In this document: piece after piece, positions 40,354 through 50,324 of the stretch
Layout: the number at the start of each line of letters is the position of its first letter
How positions within the stretch are numbered: position 1 is the first letter of the stretch
Assembly (NCBI GenBank): GCA_964016885.1
Contig: OZ024740.1
Location: forward strand, 260,090,001 to 260,154,000
DNA from: Eledone cirrhosa
Taxonomy: Eukaryota
DNA: 64,000 bases
Direction: 5' to 3'
Made by a program: the position numbers and the translations under genes
The notes under the pieces: model-generated
The model's database searches: none
Told to the model about the DNA's origin: nothing
What the model saw: only the letters and a program-made list of their open reading frames with translations

Positions 40354-41175
40354 TTAGGTATGATACATTTTATTACTAATTATATCTAAATGTTTCTTCT
40401 CTCTTCATAATGTATTTTTAACTCTGATACTGGTTCAGTCTGGTTCAACTGAATTGGTCTGTCCCAGTCATTCATTGAGCAACATTGGTGAAGTTGGCAC
40501 CCTTAACTCACAGTTGGGTGCGGATGCATTCATGTATATATGTGTGTGTCCGCATGTATCTGTGTGTTTCTAAATATATTGTTAATAACTCCCTCTGGTT
40601 GAGCAATCGTTGAAGTGTGGGGACAGCTGGAAAGCTTCCATTACTCATACTTCTCGCCTTCTTCACCACCTCTTCTACGGCCTCGATATGAATACCCCCT
40701 CCGCCTCCGTGGTATTTTCTTCGGGGTTATAGGAGGCTTAGCTCTGTTTCTCGACCGTTATATCGCGTGACTATCTCCCCCTCCGCCTTTTGGGATTCTT
40801 TCTCACGTCGTGTAGACGCGTTCTTGAGACTAGTAAAATGAGGTATCCTCTTGATAAGTCGGCAGACCTCGCAAGGACTCTATATCTTTATGATATATTG
40901 TTTTTGTTTATGCCACGAAACTACGTAGTCGAGGAATTTAGGAGCAGTTTAGGTATGATACATTTTATTACTAATTATATCTAAATGTTTCTTCTCTCTT
41001 CATAATGTATTTTTAACTCTGATACTGGTTCAGTCTGGTTCAACTGAATTGGTCTGTCCCAGTCATTCATTGAGCAACATCGGTGAAGTTGGCACCCTTA
41101 ACTCACAGTTGGGTGCGGATGCATTCATGTATATATGTGTGTGTCCGCATGTATCTGTGTGTTTCTAAATATATT
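40354..41175 (+). mobile_element. Non-coding hammerhead-bearing unit, 595-bp period, ~1.4 copies
   Basis: 227-bp direct repeat 40354-40580 / 40949-41175; both ends in (TA)n. Confidence 0.8.
40846..40935 (+). ncRNA. Hammerhead ribozyme, U3-A8 core variant
   Basis: TCCTC-TTGATAA-GTCGGCA[...]TGCCAC-GAAA-CTACGTA-GTC-GAGGA. Confidence 0.8.
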
Positions 41176-41361
41176 ATATAAATTATATATATATATAAAT
41201 TATATATATATATAATATATATATATATAAATTATATATATATATATATAAATTATATATATATATAATATATATATATATATATTATATATATATTATA
41301 TATATTATATATATATTATATATATATATATTATATATATATATATATATATTATATATAT

Positions 41362-41393
<32 letters not shown>

Positions 41394-41444
41394 ATATATT
41401 ATATATATATATATATATATTATATATTATATATATAAAAAATG

Positions 41445-41700
41445 AAGATGGATGGCTTAGTGGTTAGAGCATTGGGCTTGCAATCGAAAGGTTGTGAGTT
41501 CAATTCTCGGACCGGGCTGTTTCCTTGAGCAAGACACTTTATTTCACATTGCTCCAGTTTACTCAGCTGTAGAAATGAGTACCGGCCTACCTGCCCAGCC
41601 AGTGGGATGGCGTTATCTTATGGCTAAAACAGCACGATGTGCTGTGATCAGCAGCGCCGATTGGCGCCTGACATACTGGTCGGTCAATCTGATGAAGGTG
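41445..41700 (+). mobile_element. CORE-type SINE with an alternative tail
   Basis: Same tRNA head and core as 42606; diverges after GTAGAAATGAG. Confidence 0.85.
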
Positions 41701-42573
41701 ATATATAAAATTAAGTATATGTGTGTCTGTGTATTACCTATAGGGGCCTACACCTTACGACCGATTTTCATGAAACTTTACAGGCTCATAGATTAGTCAT
41801 CGGGGAGTGTTTTCTATATATCAGCGTATGGTTTTTTTTTATTCCGGGGTCATTCTGCAGATAAAACTCGATAGGTATCGAAAAATAAGATTTTTTGGTC
41901 TCTAACTCCCACATTTTGCCACCAATTTCGTTCACATTTTAAAGCAAAATAGAATTTATCATTGCACATCCTGTAATGGCTTTATATTTTGCATTTGTTG
42001 TTCAGGGACGGCGTGGCAGCCGCTTAAATATTCAAAAATACCACTTTTAGACTCAAATTAATCAACCTACTTTGTTCAAATTTTACACTACGCTAGATCT
42101 GATTATTTCACGTCTTAAAGTGGCTTTACATTTTGGATTTTTTGTTCAGGAACGGCGTGGCAACCGCTTAAATATTCGAAAATACCACCTTTTTGCTCAA
42201 ATTTCTGCCTTTTTGGCTCTAGGTCCCACATTTTTCAACCGATTTCGTTCAAATTCGAAACTTGGGCTCCACCTCACACATAAATCAATTTATTTGGTTC
42301 AACTTTTATACTACGATAGAACCTATCATTGCACATCTTATAGTAGCTTTACACTTTGCATTCTTTGTTCAGGGACGGCGTGGCAGCCATTTAACTCTTC
42401 AAAATACAATTTTTTCGACCTCCCACATATTCCATACGATTTCACTCAACATTTCGCCATTTGCTACACCTTACGACCGATTTTCAAGAAACTCGCAGTC
42501 GCTAAGAGCAACACCTTTTCATCAAAGCAGATATTATTTTACCTACCCAGGCAATGCTGGGTACTGCTGCTAG
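41701..42573 (+). mobile_element. Non-autonomous Helitron (5' TC not visible)
   Basis: 3' hairpin TACCCAG[GCAATG]CTGGGTA then CTAG|T; three internal repeats of TTGTTCAGG(G/A)ACGGCGTGGCA. Confidence 0.75.
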
Positions 42574-42575
42574 TG

Positions 42576-42605
<30 letters not shown>

Positions 42606-42606
<1 letters not shown>

Positions 42607-42943
42607 GGAGGCACATGGCTTAGAGGTTAGAGCATTGGCTTTACAATCGAAAGGTTGTGAGTTCAATTCTCAGACCGGGTGATGTGTTGTTTCCTTGAGC
42701 AAGACACTTTATTTCGCATTGCTCCAGTTTACTCAGCTGTAGAAATGAGATGATAGGGACCGGGGTCCATATCATTCCACTGCAAAGGGGTCGTGGAGGT
42801 GCCACGGCAAAAAAGCACCCAGCACTCACTGTAAATGAGGTTGGTGTTAGGAAGGGCATCCAGCTGTAGAATCAAGCCAGAATCAGTTCCCGTCCCACCC
42901 TTGCAAGTAGGGAAAAGCGGACGTAAAATGATGATGATGATGA
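42606..42943 (+). mobile_element. Full-length CORE-type SINE with RTE-derived tail
   Basis: tRNA head, CORE, pseudoknot module, GCGGACGTAAAA(TGA)n; flanked by (TA)n. Confidence 0.9.
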
Positions 42944-42979
42944 TATGTGTATATATATATTCACAAATATATGTACAAT

Positions 42980-43735
42980 ATACACCCCACCAAAACCTCT
43001 GAACAAAACTAAGTGCAGTATCCCCCAAAACAGAAAAACAATTATCAGAAAAATGAAAAGAACAAACAAAAAAATTAACACACTAAAATACTGCCAACAG
43101 CAACACACACACATGCGACGGCTATAGCCCTGCTTGAATAAAAAAAATATAACCTCCAACAATGCATGAAGACCATCATCAATAACCACAGAATAGCTGA
43201 AGAGAGATGAGCTATTGAGAAAATCAAACTCAACCCCAAAATGTTCTTTTTATTTGCTAAAAAACATACGGTCACTGTCTCCACTGTTGGCCCTCTAGTT
43301 GATGAAAATGGCACACTCCAAGATAATGCCAAAACCATGGGCGAGATACTGCAGAAACAATACTGCTCTGTTTTCAGCAATCCTGATATGGCCGATCTGG
43401 GCTGTATCAGTGATGTTAATCCCAACACACTATATCGGACATAACGTTTGGCACCCCTGATGTCTTAGCGGCAATAAATGAAATTAAACACAATTCAGCA
43501 GTAGGCCCTGACAGGTTCCCTGCTTGTGTCCTGAAGGTGTGTCGACTCCAACTTGTATCTCCTCTTGCTAATCTGTGGAGGAACTCGCTGGATACTGGCT
43601 ATATTCCTGAAGATTTTCTGTTCCAGTCCGTTGTCCCAATCTTCAAAAAGGGAAATAAATCCTTTACAGTGAACTACCGTCCGATCTCACTCACCTCTCA
43701 TATTATGAAGGTATTTGAGAGGGTCGCGAGATCAC
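42980..43735 (+). pseudogene. CR1-type LINE ORF2 internal fragment
   Basis: NPKMFF, AVGPD, VVPIFKKG, NYRPISLTSHIMKVFE. Confidence 0.85.
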
Positions 43736-44319
43736 GAAGCCGCTAGAATGTGTTGAGGACTTCCGGTATTTGGGAGCAAATATTAGGAATACAGAAGATG
43801 ATGTGGTCGAGAGGAAGAGCAAAGTCTGGGCGGCGTGCCACAGCTTGAGATCGGTGTGGAAGTTGGACCTTCGTAAAGACCTGAAGATCCGCCTCTTCGT
43901 TGCTGTAGTGGAGTCTGTGCTGCTGTACGGGCTTGAGACTTGGACAATGACCAAGAAACTCACTCAGATGGTGGATGGGTGCTACACGAGAATGCTGAGG
44001 ATGGCTCTGAACATTAATCAGTATACACTGAGGATGAAGAACTCAGAGCTGTACGGGAGCCTCCCATAAGTCAGCTCAAAAGTGACACAGAGAAGATAGG
44101 TCAGCTGGACATGTCCACCGACATCCAGAGTTGACACTGCACTCAGTGCTCCTGTGGGAGCCCCTGCATGGACACACTGGAAGACCGAGGTTAACATATG
44201 TTGATGCCCTAAGGACAGACACAGATTTGTTGGGGACGCAGGACATGGCAGCGATAATGAGGGACAGAGACCGCTGGAGAGAGCTCGTCCATGGATCTCG
44301 GGAATTTTACCCGCCCTAG
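43736..44319 (+). pseudogene. RTE-group LINE 3' end (further family)
   Basis: EDFRYLG, VESVLLYGLETW, GCYTRMLR, GRPRLTYVD, DRDRWR; stop followed directly by (AT)n. Confidence 0.85.
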
Positions 44320-44358
44320 ATATATATATATGTATGTATTTATATATATATATATATG

Positions 44359-44575
44359 TATTTATTAAAATAACAGATTAAAGTTTAAGCAAAGAATCGC
44401 TGCTTTCACCCAGAAGATCCCGTTAAGGGTGAAAGCAGCGATTCTTTGCTTAAACTTTAATCTGTTATTTTAATAAATATTTGCTCTACGGTTCTTATAT
44501 ATTTGATATATATTTATCCTTATCGAGCCCTCTTTTGGATTTTAGTCTTCAAATTTATTATTACTATTATTATTA
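44359..44575 (+). mobile_element. PLE terminal fragment (copy of ~17348-17505) with a 53-bp 5' inverted duplication
   Basis: Arms 44359-44411 / 44427-44479, 15-bp spacer. Confidence 0.88.
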
Positions 44576-44662
44576 ATATATATATGTGTATATATATATA
44601 TATATGTGTGTCTATATATATATATATATGTAATGGAGGAGTTGTGGTAAGGAACCAGATGG

Positions 44663-44893
44663 ACCATAACGCACCAGAGTACTCAATACTTAGGGTAGTA
44701 GAGTCGGTAATAGGAGAAAGTATCACCCCGACGGCAGAGCTCAAGCTGTTTCGACGGCTATTTCTGGACTAAAAGTCCAGACTTTAGTCCAGAAATAGCC
44801 GTCGAAACGGCTTGAGCTCTGTCGTCGGGGTCATACTTTCTCCTATTACCGACTCTACTACCCTAAGTATTGAGTACTCTGGTGCGTTATGGT
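44663..44893. repeat. Near-perfect ~110-bp-arm palindrome, probably a PLE terminus
   Basis: ACCATAACGCACCAGAG...GGACTAAA / TTTAGTCC...CTCTGGTGCGTTATGGT. Confidence 0.9.
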
Positions 44894-44971
44894 ATATGTA
44901 TGTATATATATATATATATACATATATATGTTTCTATATATATATGTTTCTATATATATATGTATATATAT

Positions 44972-45402
44972 GGGGAGACCCAAGATGACCTGGGATGAGG
45001 TGATAAAAGCCGACCTTACCCAATTACACCTCTCAAAGGCGATGACACACGACCGTAAGCACTGGTGTCACGCAGTAATACAGAGTACCCGACCTACCAT
45101 GGGTACAAGCTGAAGCATATAGACAATATGCCCCCACACCCCCCACTGCAAGGTGGTCGTGGAGGTGCCACGGCAAAAAAGCACCCAGCCCACACTGTAA
45201 AGTGGACGTGTAGGCGCCACGAAAAAGCACCCAGCACTCACTGTTAATGAGGTTGGTGTTAGGAAGAGCATCCAGCTGTAGAAATCAAGCCAAATCAGTT
45301 CCTGTATGAGCAAGGCATGGTCAGCCGACCAGACACTGCCAGGACAACCCGTCTAACCCATGCTAGCATGGAAGAACGGACATAAAACGGTGATGATGAT
45401 GA
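44972..45402 (+). mobile_element. RTE family B 3' end
   Basis: GRPKMTWDEVIKADL, UTR, (TGA)n. Confidence 0.9.
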
Positions 45403-45414
45403 TATATATATATG

Positions 45415-45463
<49 letters not shown>

Positions 45464-45507
45464 AATTAAAAAGAACAGAAAGATGCAGTAAAAGAGATTT
45501 ATTCGGT

Positions 45508-45622
45508 TCTTACGTACGTTTCAATAGACATCAATTTGCCTAGATCTCGCTACATCTATAATATTATATATTTAGTAGAGCATTCGATATCCAATGCACA
45601 ATCGATCCCATATCATCAGAGA
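45508..45622 (-). ncRNA. Type I hammerhead with long helix II
   Basis: TCT-CTGATGA-TATGGGATCGATT[...]AATTGATGTCTATT-GAAA-CGTAC-GTA-AGA, AATAAA downstream. Confidence 0.75.
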
Positions 45623-47817
45623 TCATCATCATCATCATCATCGTTTAACGTCCATCTTCCACGCTTGCATGGGTTTGGACTGGAATTTTCCCACTTGAGG
45701 CAAGATTGGTTGTCTTGCTCGTATAGGGCTGTCTGGCGGGTTTTCTACGGCTGGATGCCCTTCCTAACACCAACCACGTTTACAGTGTGGACTGGGAGGT
45801 TTTTACCGTGTTACCTACATGGCCACATTACAGCGTGGACTGTGTTTTTTTTGTCGTGACACCTACACGACCTAATTTATTTCGGACTGGATGTTGTGGT
45901 ACCAACATAACTTTACATCGAAAGGGGTGGTGTGGATGGGGTGGGGGTAGTTGGACGGGGGTGTATTTTTGTTAAGAGGTGCCTATTGACTGTAGGTTTC
46001 ACTTTGTACTTAGGCAAGGCGGGTCTTCTGTATTACTGTGTAGCGCCAAAGATCTTGGTCTAGTGACATTGTCTTGGAGGGGTGTAAGTGTGTGAGGTCG
46101 GAATTTATCAAGTCGTCCCAGGTTTTTCTGGGTCTGCCTACTCCGTGGCTACCGTCTATTTTGATCGCCCTGCACTTTTTTATACAGCTGTCGTCTTTCA
46201 TGCGCATCACGTGACCGTACCAACGTAGTCTTCTCTCGAGTAAACAACATCTGATCCCTCTTATTCCTAATTTCTCCCTTAGTTCGTTTATGCTTTGCCG
46301 TTCACGTATATTACTATTACACATCCAGCGGAGCATGCAAGCTTCGTTCCTCTCCAGTCTGCGTATATTCTCTGCACACAATGCCCAAGTCTCACTGCCA
46401 TGTAACATTGTGGTTCGTATGCAGGCATCATACAGCCTGCCTTTCATTTTTAGAGGGAACCCTTTAGCGGCCAACAGCGGTATAAGCTCTCTGAACTTTT
46501 TCCATCCTGTTCTGACTCTAGCTACTGTACTTTCAGAGCACCCTCCACCACTGTTGATTTGTCACCCAGGTAATGGAATGTGTCCACTATTTCTATAGAG
46601 CCATCTGGGCAATAGAAGGAGCTAGTATCCTGTGGGCGCTTGCTACTTATTGCACCTGAGCACCAGCCACATTTAAAATCTATATTCTTAGTTAGCTTAC
46701 CTGTGATCCCACTACATCTTTTATGCACCCATACTTTGCATTTGGGACATAAAATATAGTTTCTGCCTACTCCTTTCCTACACACTGAGCATGGCCATTT
46801 CCTAGAGGGGACCTGTGCCCTATTTTCCTTCCTACAAACTAGAACTTTAGTCTTAGACAGGTTAATTTTAAGGCCTTTTGATTCTAGGCCATGCTTCCAT
46901 GTTTGGAATTTCTTCTCTAGTTCAGCCATTGATTCAGCTATGAGCATTAGATCATCTGCGTGTAGGAGTTCCCATGGGCAGCCGGTCTTGAACTCCTCTG
47001 TTATAGCCTGAAGGGCAATAATAAATAGGAGGAGGCTAAGGACGGAGCCCTGATGAACACCAACTTTTACGCTAAACTCTTCACTATATTTGTTGTTAAT
47101 TCTAACCTTGCTGACTGTTTCTTTATACATGGCTTGTATAGCTCTCACAAGCCATTCATCTACACCTAGTTTTCTAAGAGCCCACCAGATAATGGAACGG
47201 GGGACTCTGTCGAAGGCTTTCTCCAAGTTGACAAAAGCTAAGTATAGGGGTTTACTTTTAGCTAGGTACTTCTCCTGTAGTTGTCGTACAATGAAAAGAG
47301 CGTCTGTGGTACTTTTACCTGACACAAACCTGAGCTGCATTTCATCTAGATCAATTCTCTCTCTGATTAGTTGCGTTATTACTTTTTCTGTGACCTTCAT
47401 GACCTGGTCGATTAATTTAATGCCTCTATAGTTTCCCCTATCTAGGGCATCTCCTTTATCTTTGTAGCAGTTAATGATGATGCTGCTACGCGAGTCCTTC
47501 CGAACGACCCCATTCTGTATGACTTGGTTTACTATCCGGGTGACCATAGTGTGTCCCACCGTTCCAGATGCTTTCAGCATTTCAGCAACTATTTCCGAAG
47601 GCCCACCCCTTGCCTGTCTTCATATCTTTGATCGCCTTACTTACACTACCTTCAACTTGCACTGCTGGTCCCTCTATTGGATTGATGTGGGGGAGACTGT
47701 CTTTCTCCGATTTATTCTCCTCATTAAGTAGCCTTTCATAGTGACACTTCCAAGCTACCTTCTTATCAGCGTCAGTGATGGCAAGTACACCATCATCATT
47801 AAGGACAATATCACGGT
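45623..47817 (-). pseudogene. RTE family A LINE, 5'-truncated, frameshifted
   Basis: ORFs 46522-47580 and 46010-46474, PHD insert, (TGA)n tail. Confidence 0.93.
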
Positions 47818-48022
47818 ATATATATATATGTATATATGTATATTTACCAAAAGTTTAACAAGGTTCATTGATTAATCAATGAATATAGTTTTACAATAGA
47901 TTAGAAGCACTCAACAGAGGGTTTTCTGGAATTATTAATATCATTTCAAAATATTAATAAATATATTTATTAAAAACTGGAATTGAACCATCAGCACAGT
48001 TGAGGTATGTCAGACATCAATT

Positions 48023-48088
48023 TATTTTATCTGATGAGGATGTACTTATGAAACAGCTCAGTACCTCTGAAATATATATAATAAAATA
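48023..48088 (+). ncRNA. Type I hammerhead motif
   Basis: TATTTTAT-CTGATGA-GGATGTACT[13 nt]AGTACCTCT-GAAA-TATATATA-ATAAAATA. Confidence 0.78.
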
Positions 48089-48286
48089 TATTTGATCACA
48101 TGAATGTCTATATTTATTAATATTTTGAAATAATATATGTATATTTATAGTATATTAGGGAGAGGATCAGGGGTGTATAACACTCCAGTTATCCAACAGG
48201 CAGTATAAGGTTAGCTCGATGTCTGAGGACAGAGCCGTGATATAATCAACAACAAAGAACGCCTATAGCATATGCATATCTTTACT

Positions 48287-48332
48287 TGCTAACATTGTTT
48301 CATCCGCACTATAAGTGGGACTCATCAGAGCA
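48287..48332 (-). ncRNA. Minimal type I hammerhead motif
   Basis: TGCT-CTGATGA-GTCCCACT[TAT]AGTGCGGAT-GAAA-CAAT-GTT-AGCA. Confidence 0.78.
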
Positions 48333-48714
48333 TAAAGGTTGATTACATATCACACAAGCAATAACAAATCCAAGACATTGAAGAAATAAAGAATAAAAAA
48401 TAATAAAAGATAAAAAATATATTGAGGAAGTAAAAATAAAAATAAACATTGAAAAATAAACATTGAAAAATAATTGAAAAGTAAGGGGTGCTATCAGTCA
48501 CAGTTGGGCGGGGTGCTGTCAACATATAGTTACATACAAGCATACACATGGATAAGAGAACAGACAAGAATAGATAAGATAGATAGGAGTAGGTAAGAAT
48601 AGATAAAAAATAGGTGAAAAATAGGTAAAAAATAGACATATAATATATATAAGAAAATATAAAAAACATACATATAAAATATACAGATAATAGTGATACA
48701 GGGTAAGGAATGAA

Positions 48715-48945
48715 ATAAAATAAAATAAAATAAAATAAAATTAAAATTATATAAAATAAAATATAATATAATATAATAATAAAATAAGATAAAATAAAAT
48801 AAAATAAAATAAAATAAAATAAAATAAACTAAAATAAAATAAAATAAAATAAAATAATATAATATAAGATATAATTAAATAAAATAAAATAAATAAAATT
48901 AAATAAAATGAAATGAAATAAAATAAAATAAAATAAAGTAAATTG
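48715..48945. repeat. (AAAAT)n array
   Basis: Direct inspection. Confidence 0.95.
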
Positions 48946-50324
48946 AGATAAGATATATATTTTTTTAGAATATATTTCTTGAATATATCAGGGGCCCACG
49001 AAGGCCCTAAGTGTCACAGTTATCAGTATCACTTGACCATTGCAATGCAATGGAGACGTCCCAGGTTGGGCAGTCTCAGAAGTTCACTCGAAAGTCACGG
49101 GTGTGCATTCACACAGTTGAGCGGTGGGGTAATCACAAACCGGTTCACACCCGGGCAGGAGTCCAATGGTCAACAGAGGTACATCGAAGGAAGGTAGGAG
49201 AATTCACGTGCAGCAGCAAGAGGCAGACAAGTGGGCCGAAAGCAAGCAGGTGCAGGCGGGCTAGCCGAAAGCAAGCAAATACAGTTGGGTCAGGCGGGTT
49301 AATATGCATACTCAACAGCGCATACAAAAGATATATAAAGAGTAGCTTCAAGAGCCAATATCATGAAGTCACCGCATTGGGACATCTCAAGATTATACAC
49401 ACCAATATGTTATGCGCGTATATGCACATATACACACCACATGCATATGCAGAGACGGTATACATATATATATATTTTTATATACAGACATATACAACCA
49501 CCTACACCCATACACATATAAATGTATACACAGACACACACGCACACACACAGAGCGTAGGACACCCGGGTCAAAGCTGATATTAAACACAGAAATACCA
49601 CATTAGGCAAGACCCACCACCACGGATAATACATTCAAAATAAATACATACAACGAGATGCAGTAAAATAAATCAAATTGAATTCCTACGAAGATAATCG
49701 TGTCCGCACGTGCCATTGCCCGATTCAAGTGTACACAGACCGTTAGTAACTACGGAGGGCTATCGGGGCCAAAACGTTACTTTTGGGATAATAACAACGA
49801 CCGTCAATATATGGAAGGCCAATCGTGCTAGAAAGACTACAACCCCGGGCAAGAGCTCCCAGAAGTCAGCTTGTAGATCTTAAACCACAGAATAGGAGGG
49901 CAACACGTACATGTGCCACGTATCTACTGCTTACGGCGAGATGGCACAGGTCCGCCCACAGTTACAGGCTAGATTTCTATTTGTGCAGCCTATATCACAG
50001 TACACGCTCTACATAGATACATTACATCATAACTCATGCGCATACAGAGGTACAGATCCACAAGATACACGTCGGGATAGACCCACCAATGCACCAATGG
50101 TGGGTAGGCGAACGTGGATGGGTTACATCCGCTGTGCCAAACAGGGGTGCTTATTAACATACACACCCACTCACCTGTACACCGCAATATCCAGATCAAT
50201 ATTCTCCCGCAGGCATACGTATACACTCACTGACTCATATACATAGAAGACAAACAATAGGAGACAGTTACACACAATAAGAGACAGTTACACAAGATAG
50301 CCCAACTGGAGAATTAAGGAAGTG

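Noticed and set aside
41445-42680. Functional tRNA genes
   Set aside because: SINE heads lacking a complete acceptor stem and continuing into the CORE body.
48023-48332. Viroid-like unit with ribozymes on both strands
   Set aside because: The two hammerheads appear to belong to separate adjacent insertions divided by a TA-rich gap.
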